64,000 nucleotides of DNA from an uncultured Candidatus Saccharibacteria bacterium (GTDB taxonomy: Bacteria > Patescibacteriota > Minisyncoccia > Phycocordibacterales > UBA2100): positions 56,839 through 120,838 of the forward strand of contig CAZZHR010000003.1 in NCBI GenBank assembly GCA_964654205.1. Reading direction: 5' to 3'. Shown here one piece after another: positions 54,557 through 63,845 of this stretch. The notes under the pieces are model-generated. The model saw nothing but the letters and a program-made list of their open reading frames with translations. It searched no databases and had not been told where the DNA came from. Both the position numbers and the translations under genes were made by a program. The number at the start of each line of letters is the position of its first letter. The stretch's first letter is position 1.

Positions 54557-55824
54557 ATTTTGAGTAGTCTTTGCAGCGATGCGGCGTCGTCATGAGGCCC
54601 GATGATTGAGAGATTCAGGTGACGCGTCTTGAAGACATCCTGCGCGACGCGATGTACATCTGCCGCGGACACAGCGTCGATGAAAGCGACGTCCTCGTCG
54701 AGCGTGCGTATCTTGCCGAGATTGACGACGGAAGTGGCCGCGTGTTCCGCGACGCGGTCTGATGTTTCGAGTGCGAGCGTGAGCGAACCTTTGAGGTACG
54801 CTTTGACTTTTTTCAGCTCCGCAGCCTGTATCGGTGCACGACGCAGTTTCTTCAGCTCTGCCAAGATAGTCGCTAGTGCGTTCTTGAGTTTGCCGTGCTC
54901 CACTCCCGCCTGCACGACAATTGTACCTACATCCGGGTATTTATCAGTCCACGCGTGAACCGAGTAGGCAAGTCCGCGCTTCTCGCGCACTTCAGTGAAG
55001 AGCCTGCTGCTCATACCGCCACCGAGAGCCGAGGTGAGGACTTCGAGCGCATACTCGTCCGGGTGCCCGTACGGGTAGGCGGGGAGGCCAAGCATAAGCT
55101 GTGTCTGGTCTGTCTGTTTGCGCTTTACCGAGACGCGCGGCTCCGACTGGTCGTGCGCGAAGGGAAGCGGAGTGCTCACGTCACCCGTAGGAAGTACAGA
55201 AAAGTCCCTCTCAATCCTCTTGAGGACGGTATTCCTGTCGAATGAGCCCGCGACGCACACGACAGTATTGCCAGCCGTGTAGTGCTTCTTGTGATACGTC
55301 GCGAAATCCTTCTGCTTAAAGGCGCGGATGTTTTCTTTGGGTCCGAGGATAGACCTGCCGAGCGGGTGGTCTTTGCCAAACATAAGCGCATCGAATACAT
55401 CGCCGATATTTCGCATCGGGATGTCCTCGTACATGTCGATTTCTTGAATTATCGCACCGCGTTCTTTTGTAATCTCGCGAATGGGAAGTGTGGAGTTGAG
55501 AAAAATGTCGGATATCACATCGAGCGCAGTGTCTAGAAACTCGCTGCTCACTTTTGCGTAGTACGCCGTGCGCTCCTTGGCAGTAAACGCGTTGTACACG
55601 GCGCCAACTCCATCGAGCTCCTCGCTAATAGCTTTCGCACTTGGTCGCTTCTTCGTGCCCTTAAAAAACATGTGTTCGAGGAAGTGTGCGAGACCGTTCT
55701 CCCGCTCTGTCTCATAGCGCGACCCTGTGCCCGTCATCACCATGACCGACGCCGTATCCACGCCCGACATAGGGACGAGGATGACGCGCAGGCCATTGTC
55801 GAGCGTAAGAATTTCGTGCTTCAT
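54553..55824 (-). CDS. M16 family (pitrilysin/insulinase-like) zinc peptidase
   Basis: Inverted zinc motif HFLEHMFFKGT (HxxEH) near the N-terminus; two-domain M16 architecture. Internal ATG preceded by TATACT. Confidence 0.8.
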   Translation of the reverse strand: MKHEILTLDNGLRVILVPMSGVDTASVMVMTGTGSRYETERENGLAHFLEHMFFKGTKKRPSAKAISEELDGVGAVYNAFTAKERTAYYAKVSSEFLDTALDVISDIFLNSTLPIREITKERGAIIQEIDMYEDIPMRNIGDVFDALMFGKDHPLGRSILGPKENIRAFKQKDFATYHKKHYTAGNTVVCVAGSFDRNTVLKRIERDFSVLPTGDVSTPLPFAHDQSEPRVSVKRKQTDQTQLMLGLPAYPYGHPDEYALEVLTSALGGGMSSRLFTEVREKRGLAYSVHAWTDKYPDVGTIVVQAGVEHGKLKNALATILAELKKLRRAPIQAAELKKVKAYLKGSLTLALETSDRVAEHAATSVVNLGKIRTLDEDVAFIDAVSAADVHRVAQDVFKTRHLNLSIIGPHDDAASLQRLLKI

Positions 55825-56010
55825 CGGCGCATAGTATAGCCGACCACCATGCACGGCAAATGAGGACTCTTGACAATACTGACTGATAAGTGCTTAATCA
55901 GTATGGCTTGTTCCTTGGAAATCTAATGGGTCTATGGGTACCTCGTCCCGCCTAGATACTCCACTGAACTGCCGTATCATCAAAACGCCCACACAGAGGA
56001 GTAGGCATCG

Positions 56011-57036
56011 ATGAACACTGGCAACAGCATCGTCATTCCGAACGTCAACGTTCTGGAGCAGCATGGCGATCGGATGTACACTTTCACCTTGAGCGCCGAG
56101 CTGCTCGTCGCACTCGGCAAGGTCGAACGCTTCGGCGTCGACCCCAGCGGCGTGAACCGGAAATTGGATGACGACCATGCGACCGCGATTGCGGAGGCGA
56201 TGCTCGATCGCTCGATCGTCTGGATCGAGGCAATCCTCGGCGATCTCGGTGGCGGCTGGCTCTACGACGAGTCTGCGCGTACGCTCACCGGTCCCGCGGA
56301 CGCCTTCCTGTCGATCGACAACGGGCAGCATCGACGCCGTGCGCTGGAACTCATCAACGCGCTCGAGAGGGAGCATCTCTCGTTCAGTATCTGCGCGACG
56401 ATGAACATGCCGTTCGAGCGTCGGCTCAAGATCTTCCGTATGCAGCGGCACCAGAAGCCGCTCGATGCGCGCCTCGACCTCGCGCAGCGGAATGTCCTCG
56501 GCGAGTGGAAGTCTCCGCTCGATAAGGAGGCCTACGACTTGTTGTTGCTCCTGAGCTCCGACGTGACGTCGCCGCTCAAGGGCCTCGTCCTTCTGGAAGA
56601 GCAGGAGAAGCGGCCATACGAAGGCCGGCATCGCCCGGTGGGCATCAACGGCAAGGGTCTGCACAACACGATCCGCAGTGTGATCGGGCCGAGCAGCCCG
56701 CTGCACGCGCTCTCGCCGGAGAAGCGGAGGACCACCATCCTCTCGCTCATCCAGCTCGCAGCGCAGATCTGGCCGAAGCAGTGGAAGTCGGACAAGCACA
56801 TCCTGACGACGGCGCGGGGCATCAACGCCCTGCTCGGTCTCATGGTGAGCTCTCCGAATTTCCGCGGGACGATCGGTGACGACTTCTCGCCCGAATCGTT
56901 GCGTCGCGGCCTGGAGTTTGCGGAGTCATTTTCGTGGAGCTCCGCCGACTGCCGCAACGCGAGCGTGCGCGAGATCATCTCGCGTATCAACCAGTCGATT
57001 GGCCGCAACAAGCGCACAAAGAAGGTCGCCGCGTAA
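56011..57036 (+). CDS. DGQHR-domain protein (DndB-like), solitary
   Basis: …FLSIDNGQHRRRAL… matches the DGQHR signature of the DndB/ParB-like family. The gene has its own SD (GAGGAG) and terminator, and its GC and GC3 are markedly higher than in the neighbouring genes. Confidence 0.6.
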   Translation: MNTGNSIVIPNVNVLEQHGDRMYTFTLSAELLVALGKVERFGVDPSGVNRKLDDDHATAIAEAMLDRSIVWIEAILGDLGGGWLYDESARTLTGPADAFLSIDNGQHRRRALELINALEREHLSFSICATMNMPFERRLKIFRMQRHQKPLDARLDLAQRNVLGEWKSPLDKEAYDLLLLLSSDVTSPLKGLVLLEEQEKRPYEGRHRPVGINGKGLHNTIRSVIGPSSPLHALSPEKRRTTILSLIQLAAQIWPKQWKSDKHILTTARGINALLGLMVSSPNFRGTIGDDFSPESLRRGLEFAESFSWSSADCRNASVREIISRINQSIGRNKRTKKVAA

Positions 57037-57061
57037 GCAAAACGCCCACAGCCGAATCCTA

Positions 57062-57094
57062 AGAGGCCGCAGCAATGCGGCCTCTTTCTTTTTG
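57062..57094 (+). terminator. Rho-independent terminator AGAGGCCGC-AGCAAT-GCGGCCTCT + TTCTTTTTG
   Basis: 9-bp perfect stem plus T-tract 25 nt after the DGQHR gene stop. Confidence 0.75.
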
Positions 57095-57120
57095 TATGGA
57101 AGCGCGCTACTTTGTTGTGA

Positions 57121-59040
57121 ATGACAGTCAACGAAGTTCGGCGGAAATATTTAGAGTTTTTTAAGACTCAGGGGCATACGGTCATTCCATCCGCGTCGCT
57201 CGTGCCGCAGAATGACCCGACCACCCTTTTTACAGGAAGCGGCATGCAGCCCCTCGTACCGTACCTCCTCGGAGAGCCGCACCCCAAGGGCAGTAGGCTC
57301 GTCAACAGCCAGAAAAGCTTTCGAGCGGAAGACATTGAAGAGGTGGGCGACAATCGTCACACCACATTTTTTGAGATGCTCGGCAATTGGTCGCTCGGCG
57401 ATTACTTCAAACAAGAGCAGCTCCCATGGTTCTTCGAATTTCTCACTCAGGATATTGGCATCGACCCGTCGAGACTGTACGTGACCGCATTTATCGGCGA
57501 TGAGGCCAACAACGTGCCGCGAGATACAGAATCGGCGGAGATATGGCAGCGACTCTTTTCCGAAAAGGGAATCGACGCAGAGATTCGCGAAGTGGGGAGC
57601 GAGGCCGATGGCTATCGACTCGGCATGCGTGGCGGGCGCATTTTCTACTACAACGCCAAGAAAAATTGGTGGAGCCGTGCCGGTGTGCCAGAGAATATGC
57701 CCCCGGGTGAACCGGGCGGCCCAGACAGCGAGGTCTTCTATGATTTCGGGACGCCACACGATGCCAAATACGGTCCCGAGTGTCACCCCAACTGCGATTG
57801 CGGTCGATTTATGGAAATCGGCAACTCAGTCTTCATGCAGTACATCAAGCAGTCGGACGGTAGTTTTCAGTTGCTCCCCAAGCAGAACGTAGACTTCGGA
57901 GGCGGCCTCGAAAGAATCACAGCTGCCAAGAGCGGTGACTCTGACGTGTTTAAGACGGATGTCTTCTGGGACGTGATTCTTCTGCTTGAGCAGTTCTCTG
58001 GCAAGCAGTACAGCGATAGCCGCTATTTGCGCTCGTTCCGCGTGGTTGCCGACCACATGCGCGCCGCGGTGCTCATGCTGGGCGATGGTGTGCGACCATC
58101 CAACACAGAACGCGGTTACATATTGCGCCGGCTGCTCCGACGCGCCTCACAGCACGTGCAGAAGCTCGGCATTGCTGCGGAGAAACAGGAAGACAGCATG
58201 CTCGTGCGCGCAGCAGTCATACTTATTGAGAAGTACAAAGGTGCTTATAGCGAGCTCGACGGGGAGCAGGCCTACAAAGACATCACCGGTGAAATCTGGA
58301 AGGAGGAAGTGCAGTTTGGCCGCACACTCGTCGCTGGCATGAAGGAGTTTGAGAAACTCTCAGGCTCGAACATTGGCGCTGAAGATGCGTATATGCTCTT
58401 CACGACGTACGGCTTTCCTTTCGAAATGACGCAGGAACTAGCGCAGGAGCGGGGAATTCCGGTAGACGTTTCCGGGTTTAAGGAGCTCATGAAAAAGCAC
58501 CAGGAAACATCGCGCGCGGGTTCAGAACAAAAATTCAAAGGAGGCCTCGCTGACCACTCTGAGAAAACGACGCGATTGCACACGGCGCACCACTTGCTCC
58601 TCAAGGCTCTGCAGATAGTCCTCGGTCCACACGTAAAGCAGCGCGGGTCCAACATCACATCGGAGCGACTTCGCATCGACTTCTCACACGGAGAGAAGAT
58701 GACGAAAGAGCAGCTTGCCGACGTCGAGCGTATCGTCAATGAGCGCATACGAGATGCCCTGCCGGTCGTTCGTTCGACACTGCCGAAAGAGGAGGCGGAA
58801 ATGCTCGGCGCGGAGCACGAGTTTGGCGCAAAATATCCTGACACAGTTTCCGTATATTCGATTGGTCCTGTCGGCGCGACGCTTGAGAGCCCCGCTTTTA
58901 GCGAGGCGTATTCAATCGAATTTTGCGGGGGGCCACACGTCGCAAACACACGCGAAATCGGGGAAGGCGGTACGTTTAAGATCCAAAAGGAGGAGGCCGT
59001 TGCATCGGGTGTGAGGCGTATCAAAGCGGTGCTCGTGTAG
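57121..59040 (+). CDS. alaS: Alanine--tRNA ligase, short form (catalytic + editing domains, no C-Ala domain)
   Basis: Class II catalytic core (…FTGSGMQ…, …FFEMLGNWSLGDYFK…), editing-domain HxxxH…CGGPHV motifs. Ends at 639 aa. Confidence 0.85.
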   Translation: MTVNEVRRKYLEFFKTQGHTVIPSASLVPQNDPTTLFTGSGMQPLVPYLLGEPHPKGSRLVNSQKSFRAEDIEEVGDNRHTTFFEMLGNWSLGDYFKQEQLPWFFEFLTQDIGIDPSRLYVTAFIGDEANNVPRDTESAEIWQRLFSEKGIDAEIREVGSEADGYRLGMRGGRIFYYNAKKNWWSRAGVPENMPPGEPGGPDSEVFYDFGTPHDAKYGPECHPNCDCGRFMEIGNSVFMQYIKQSDGSFQLLPKQNVDFGGGLERITAAKSGDSDVFKTDVFWDVILLLEQFSGKQYSDSRYLRSFRVVADHMRAAVLMLGDGVRPSNTERGYILRRLLRRASQHVQKLGIAAEKQEDSMLVRAAVILIEKYKGAYSELDGEQAYKDITGEIWKEEVQFGRTLVAGMKEFEKLSGSNIGAEDAYMLFTTYGFPFEMTQELAQERGIPVDVSGFKELMKKHQETSRAGSEQKFKGGLADHSEKTTRLHTAHHLLLKALQIVLGPHVKQRGSNITSERLRIDFSHGEKMTKEQLADVERIVNERIRDALPVVRSTLPKEEAEMLGAEHEFGAKYPDTVSVYSIGPVGATLESPAFSEAYSIEFCGGPHVANTREIGEGGTFKIQKEEAVASGVRRIKAVLV

Positions 59041-59194
59041 ACTTTTTGTGCGTTGGGCAATACGCGCCGTATTATGCGTGATACGTTCAGTGACATATAC
59101 GCGAAACTTTTTTGTGGAAAAATTTCGAACGACTGCCGCGATTTGTACACTGCAGCCAGATTGTGCCGTATCCCACAGGGTATACTGAATACAA

Positions 59195-60337
59195 ATGATA
59201 CACATGAATTTGCCGTTCACGCGACAGAAGGTCGTCGCGGTCGTCGACGTAGCTCCTGGCGGCGCCTCTGTTGCCATACTTTCATGTCCGGACGGCGCCC
59301 CGTCGACCGTGCGCGCGTCCGCACGCTCCGTACTCTCTCTAGAGGCGCGTACAGAGGCGCAATCGAAGGCGCTCATAGGAGGACAGGTGAAGGAGGCTGC
59401 CGAGCAAGCAGTAAAGCTCTACACAGCCGCCGGTCAAAACGGCGCAGTGACTGAAGCGTACGTTGTGGTGCATGCACCATGGGCACGCTCCGTAATAGTC
59501 CGAACGCATGAGCTGTACGAAACGGACACTAAAATGAGCGCGGAGCACATCGCATCTATCGGTAAGAGCTCACTCGCGAACATCCGCGACGTGGATAGTG
59601 CGCGACTGCTCGAGGGGAGCGTAATTCAAGTGTCACTCAATGGGTACCCCACCGCATCTCCGCACGGCATGAGCGCCCGCTCTCTGGAGGTGACGTCTCT
59701 CGCAAGCGACTGTGATGAGTCTGTGCAATCGGCGGTGGAAGGATCGGTACACACTGTGTTTCCCGTAGCGCGCGTCTCTTGGCGCACGGGAGTCCGAGCG
59801 CTTTTTGCTGTTGCGCGCGAGGCATTGCCGCATGAGTCGTTTCTCGCCGTCGACATGGGCGTCGACAATACGCATCTCATATCAGTGCATGAGGGTGGCA
59901 TCGACCAGCTCGTCATTCCTGAGGGGAGCAGGACAGTGCTCTCACGCATCGCCGGTACGCGAGCGCCCGATGAGGTGCTCGGCATTTTGCGGATGATATC
60001 GCGAGACGCGTGTTCATCAGAAGCCTGCGCGTCGATAACGCAGGCGCTTGCAAGCGCGGAATCCGATCTTGTAAGAATCTTCGGAGAGGCACTCGCGAAA
60101 GTCTCAGCGAAAGGGAAGGTGCCCAACGACGTCGTGCTTATCGTGCACCCGAGCCTCGAGTCCTGGCTATCGGCATTCCTGTCGCGTATCGACTTTGCGC
60201 AATTTACTATAACGTCGATGCCGCTCACTATTCACGATGGGCGCGCGATGGATATTGCCCGGTGGGTGGGCGGCGCCGACACCTCCGACGCCCTCACTAT
60301 CGGGAGTGCCCTTGTCAACATTGAATCACGAAGGTAG
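59195..60337 (+). CDS. Hypothetical protein, possibly actin-fold ATPase of the PilM/FtsA type
   Basis: …KVVAVVDVAPGGASVAIL… and …FLAVDMGVDNTHLISVHEGGIDQLVIPEGSRTV… resemble the phosphate-1 and phosphate-2 regions of PilM/FtsA-like proteins. Weak, by-eye only. Confidence 0.3.
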   Translation: MIHMNLPFTRQKVVAVVDVAPGGASVAILSCPDGAPSTVRASARSVLSLEARTEAQSKALIGGQVKEAAEQAVKLYTAAGQNGAVTEAYVVVHAPWARSVIVRTHELYETDTKMSAEHIASIGKSSLANIRDVDSARLLEGSVIQVSLNGYPTASPHGMSARSLEVTSLASDCDESVQSAVEGSVHTVFPVARVSWRTGVRALFAVAREALPHESFLAVDMGVDNTHLISVHEGGIDQLVIPEGSRTVLSRIAGTRAPDEVLGILRMISRDACSSEACASITQALASAESDLVRIFGEALAKVSAKGKVPNDVVLIVHPSLESWLSAFLSRIDFAQFTITSMPLTIHDGRAMDIARWVGGADTSDALTIGSALVNIESRR

Positions 60338-60373
60338 CGAGTGGTACGACGTACGATGATATAATTTGGTCTC

Positions 60374-61723
60374 ATGGCTAAGGATTACTTTCAGGATATC
60401 ATCCCGCCTTCGCCGAGAAAGCATTATGCGGCGCACAAGAGAGCGACGGATGGCGACGCCGTGAATGTTCCGATACACACTGATCCCGAACCGATGACGC
60501 GCTCCATTCGCAACATTTCCGCACCGAGCAGAAGTCGCTCCCGTCCCATACCTGAACGACCCTCGCCAGCTAGGCGAGAGGGACGACGCGGTCTCACATT
60601 CATCGTGTGGGTTATCGCAGTCGTTGCCGTGCTCACCCTTGCCGCCCTGCTCCTCGTTGCACTTCGGCCTACCCGAGTGAGTGTCGAGCCTCGTACGCAC
60701 GTCCTTACCTTTGTTGGCGAGACATTTACCGCAGTCCCTACCCACCTCGCGACGGCTTCAGATCTCCCCTACGAGATGGAGACTTTCGAGCTGGAGGATT
60801 CTGAACTCGTCCCAAGTAGCGGCGTTGTCTACGCGGAAGAAAAATCAAGCGGAAATATCATCGTATACAACGATTTCCAATCCGAACCACTCAGACTTGT
60901 AAAGAATACTCGCTTCGAGACCCCTGCTGGACTCATATTCCGCTCCCCGGCAGACATCACTATTCCTGGAAGGCGTGCTGGCGCCCCGGGCCAGGTCGAG
61001 ATTACTGTGGTCGCCGACCAGCCCGGGGAGCAATACAACGTTGCCGCCGGGAAGTTTACGATACCCGGCCTCAGATCTTCTCCCGACATGTATGCGCAGG
61101 TGTACGCCGAGTCGAAGCAGCCTTTCTCGGGCGGATTCGTCGGTGAGCGTCCAGGGGTCGCCGCAGGTGCGCTCGAGAGTGCTATCGCAAGCGTACGTGC
61201 CCGTCTTGAAGCAAAGGCCGCAGAGTCGCTTGCACAGACGTCTGACGACTCGATTCGCCTCTCAAGTCTTGCGCGCATCGAATACGTATCTCTACCAAAC
61301 ACTTCCGATACCAGCGGCGGGGTGCGTATCAGCCAGAGGGCTCGCGTGAGCGTCCCCGTGTTCTCATCGCAGGTATTCGCCTCGGCAATTAGCGGCGCAG
61401 CGGTAGACGCAAGCGACATTGCCGCCATTCGCATACTCCCGCGGAATGACTTTCAGATTACGCCTGCCGGCACGTCTACGACTCCTGGCGATACACAGAT
61501 TACATTTGCTCTGCAGGGTGCCGCCCTACTCGTGTGGGACGTTGACGAACAAGCCCTTCAAGAGGCCCTTGCAGGCAAGGAGAAAGTCGCCTTTGAAGCC
61601 ATTGTTGCCGGGTTCCCCTCTATACAAGGGGCGACCGCACGAATAGAGCCCTTCTGGCGGAGCACGTTTCCCGATGTCCCGGCAGACATAGAAATTCGGG
61701 TGACTGAGCCCAGTGCAAATTAG
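60374..61723 (+). CDS. Hypothetical bitopic membrane protein (Pro/Arg-rich cytoplasmic N-terminus, one TM, ~340-aa beta-rich extracytoplasmic domain)
   Basis: TM helix LTFIVWVIAVVAVLTLAALLLVAL; no family recognised; directly upstream of infA. Confidence 0.4.
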   Translation: MAKDYFQDIIPPSPRKHYAAHKRATDGDAVNVPIHTDPEPMTRSIRNISAPSRSRSRPIPERPSPARREGRRGLTFIVWVIAVVAVLTLAALLLVALRPTRVSVEPRTHVLTFVGETFTAVPTHLATASDLPYEMETFELEDSELVPSSGVVYAEEKSSGNIIVYNDFQSEPLRLVKNTRFETPAGLIFRSPADITIPGRRAGAPGQVEITVVADQPGEQYNVAAGKFTIPGLRSSPDMYAQVYAESKQPFSGGFVGERPGVAAGALESAIASVRARLEAKAAESLAQTSDDSIRLSSLARIEYVSLPNTSDTSGGVRISQRARVSVPVFSSQVFASAISGAAVDASDIAAIRILPRNDFQITPAGTSTTPGDTQITFALQGAALLVWDVDEQALQEALAGKEKVAFEAIVAGFPSIQGATARIEPFWRSTFPDVPADIEIRVTEPSAN

Positions 61724-61769
61724 TGTCTTGACGCAAGGTCGACTTGCTGCTATTCTTCGCCCCGCAGAT

Positions 61770-61976
61770 ATGGCCGAAACGAAAGAAGTCGAGGGAGTCG
61801 TCGATGAGGCACTCCCGAATACACTCTTTCGTGTAAAGCTCGAGTCCGGTGAGATAGTACTCGCGTACCTCGCAGGAAAGATGCGTCTGCATAGAATTAA
61901 GGTGCTCGTCGGCGATCGCGTGCAGTTGCAACTTGATCCATACGGCGGCAGGGCTAGAATAACGCGGCGCTTTTAG
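61770..61976 (+). CDS. infA: Translation initiation factor IF-1
   Basis: …[33 protein letters not shown]…I..GDRV… matches the IF-1 S1-like fold. Confidence 0.9.
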   Translation: MAETKEVEGVVDEALPNTLFRVKLESGEIVLAYLAGKMRLHRIKVLVGDRVQLQLDPYGGRARITRRF

Positions 61977-61987
61977 CCGCTTCTGTC

Positions 61988-62101
61988 ATGAAAGTCAAAG
62001 CTTCCGTTAAGAAAATTTGCATGCATTGTCGGCACGTCAAAAGACGCGGTCGGTTGTGGGTCATTTGTTCAAACCCCCGTCACAAGCAGCGCCAAGGCTA
62101 A
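61988..62101 (+). CDS. rpmJ: 50S ribosomal protein L36 (37 aa; below the ORF-track threshold)
   Basis: [37 protein letters not shown] matches bL36 with its zinc-ribbon C…C…C…H. Confidence 0.85.
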   Translation: MKVKASVKKICMHCRHVKRRGRLWVICSNPRHKQRQG

Positions 62102-62125
62102 TCACAACAATTTCACATTTCAACC

Positions 62126-62506
62126 ATGCGTATTGCGGGAATCACCATACCTGATGAGAAACGACTCGAGATAGGCCTCACGGCTATTTATGGCGTCGGT
62201 CGACCTCGTGCTCAGGCAACCCTTTTAGAGCTGGGTATCGATCACGGCAAGCGCCCGAAAGACCTCTCAACGCAAGAGGAGTCGGCACTTCGCGAGAAGC
62301 TCGAGAAATTTACCATCGAGGGTGAATTGAAAAGGCAAATTTCTGGGAACATTCGTCGCCTCAAAGATATCAAGGCGCACAGGGGAAATCGACACCTCAA
62401 GAAACTTCCGGTTCGCGGTCAGCGCACCAAGACAAATTCCCGTACCGTCCGTGGCAACGTCCGCAAGACAATGACGAGCGGTAGACGTAAGCTCGAGAAG
62501 ACATAA
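62126..62506 (+). CDS. rpsM: 30S ribosomal protein S13
   Basis: MRIAGITIPDEKRLEIGLTAIYGVGRPRAQ… matches uS13. Confidence 0.9.
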   Translation: MRIAGITIPDEKRLEIGLTAIYGVGRPRAQATLLELGIDHGKRPKDLSTQEESALREKLEKFTIEGELKRQISGNIRRLKDIKAHRGNRHLKKLPVRGQRTKTNSRTVRGNVRKTMTSGRRKLEKT

Positions 62507-62703
62507 GGGCTTGTCCCACGAAATGAGCGCATTACGTGCGTTCATTTCGTGGCTGACAAACCTTACCCAGCACCTTCTGCGGACAGTGTTGACCGCGAGG
62601 TACTGGAAAGGGTCTGTTTATTCACGATACAGCACGTCTTGGCGTGAGAAGGTGCTGGGTGTAAGAGCTTCTACGCTCGCTACACTCGCTAAGAATCTCT
62701 AAC

Positions 62704-63138
62704 ATGGGAAAGAAACGAATCATCAGAAAATCAGGTGGCACGGTGGACGCGGGGCTGAAGTCGCGCTCACTTGCGCGCACCGCGAAGAAGAATATTGTCG
62801 CGGGCACGCTCCACATCCATGCTACTTACAACAACACGAAGGTGCTTCTCACCGACAAGAATGGTAACGCAGTCGCCTGGTCTTCGTCTGGAAGTCTCGG
62901 ATTTTCTGGCGCCAAAAAAGGCACGCCCTTTGCTGCCGCCAAGGTTGGCGAGCTTGTCGGAGATAAGGCAGCAATCATCGGCGTGAAGGAAGTTGATGTC
63001 GTGATACGCGGTGTCGGCGCGGGTCGCGAGAGCGCGCTTCGAGGATTTGCGGGCAAGGGCATCGATGTGACGCGCATTGCCGATGACACTCCTGTGCCCC
63101 ACAACGGACCACGTCCGCCGAAGCCAAGGCGCGTATAA
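62704..63138 (+). CDS. rpsK: 30S ribosomal protein S11
   Basis: …GTLHIHATYNNTKVLLTDKNGNAVAWSSSGSLGFSGAKKGTPFAA… matches uS11. Confidence 0.9.
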   Translation: MGKKRIIRKSGGTVDAGLKSRSLARTAKKNIVAGTLHIHATYNNTKVLLTDKNGNAVAWSSSGSLGFSGAKKGTPFAAAKVGELVGDKAAIIGVKEVDVVIRGVGAGRESALRGFAGKGIDVTRIADDTPVPHNGPRPPKPRRV

Positions 63139-63176
63139 TGCGCGGAACACATTACGTAATGCACTAAAGTCTTTTC

Positions 63177-63776
63177 ATGCTACCCGTAAAATCTAAGTAC
63201 AAAATCGCGAAGCGCCTCGGCAACGGCGTCTTTGAGCAGACGCAGACACAGAAGTTCGCGCTCTCAGAGGCACGTTCTCGCAAAGAGAAGCGCGGACGCG
63301 GCGCGTCGGACTACGGCAAACAGCTGCTCGAGAAACAGCGCGTGCGCTACACATACGGGCTCGCGGAGAAACAGCTTTCAAACTACGCCCATAAAGCGAT
63401 CACCGAGCCAGACCCGTCGCTCTCGCTCTATCGGACGCTAGAGATGCGCGCAGACAGCGCGGTCTACCGGGCTGGTTTTGCCTCCACGCGACGCGCAGCG
63501 CGCCAGATGGTGAGTCATGGACACATCACTATCAATGGCCGCCGCACTACAGTGCCTTCGCATGAGGTAAAGAAGGGCGATGTGATTTCTGTACGCGAGG
63601 GCAGTCGCACAAGTCCGCTTTTTGCGTCGCTTGCCGAGAAGGAGGCCCGTTCGATACCACAGTGGCTTTCTGTAGATCTCAACTTGCTCAAGGCGGAGGT
63701 CACCGGTGAGCCGATGTACTCTTCGGCGGAAGTCGGATTGGACCTCGCGACGGTGTTTGAATTCTACAGCAGATAA
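63177..63776 (+). CDS. rpsD: 30S ribosomal protein S4
   Basis: N-terminal …KYKIAKRLG… and S4 RNA-binding domain (…RQMVSHGHITINGRRTTVPSHEVKKGDVISV…). Confidence 0.9.
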   Translation: MLPVKSKYKIAKRLGNGVFEQTQTQKFALSEARSRKEKRGRGASDYGKQLLEKQRVRYTYGLAEKQLSNYAHKAITEPDPSLSLYRTLEMRADSAVYRAGFASTRRAARQMVSHGHITINGRRTTVPSHEVKKGDVISVREGSRTSPLFASLAEKEARSIPQWLSVDLNLLKAEVTGEPMYSSAEVGLDLATVFEFYSR

Positions 63777-63845
63777 TGTATAATGTTCGCGATTTTTAGC
63801 CCCTTTATTATTCACTTTATGAGCGCTGCAGACTAATTTTAGTAT

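Noticed and set aside
55894-56799. 301-aa minus-strand ORF overlapping the DGQHR gene
   Set aside because: Arg/Leu/Glu-rich antisense ORF of the kind generated by a high-GC3 gene on the opposite strand. The + strand DGQHR gene has a motif match, SD and terminator.
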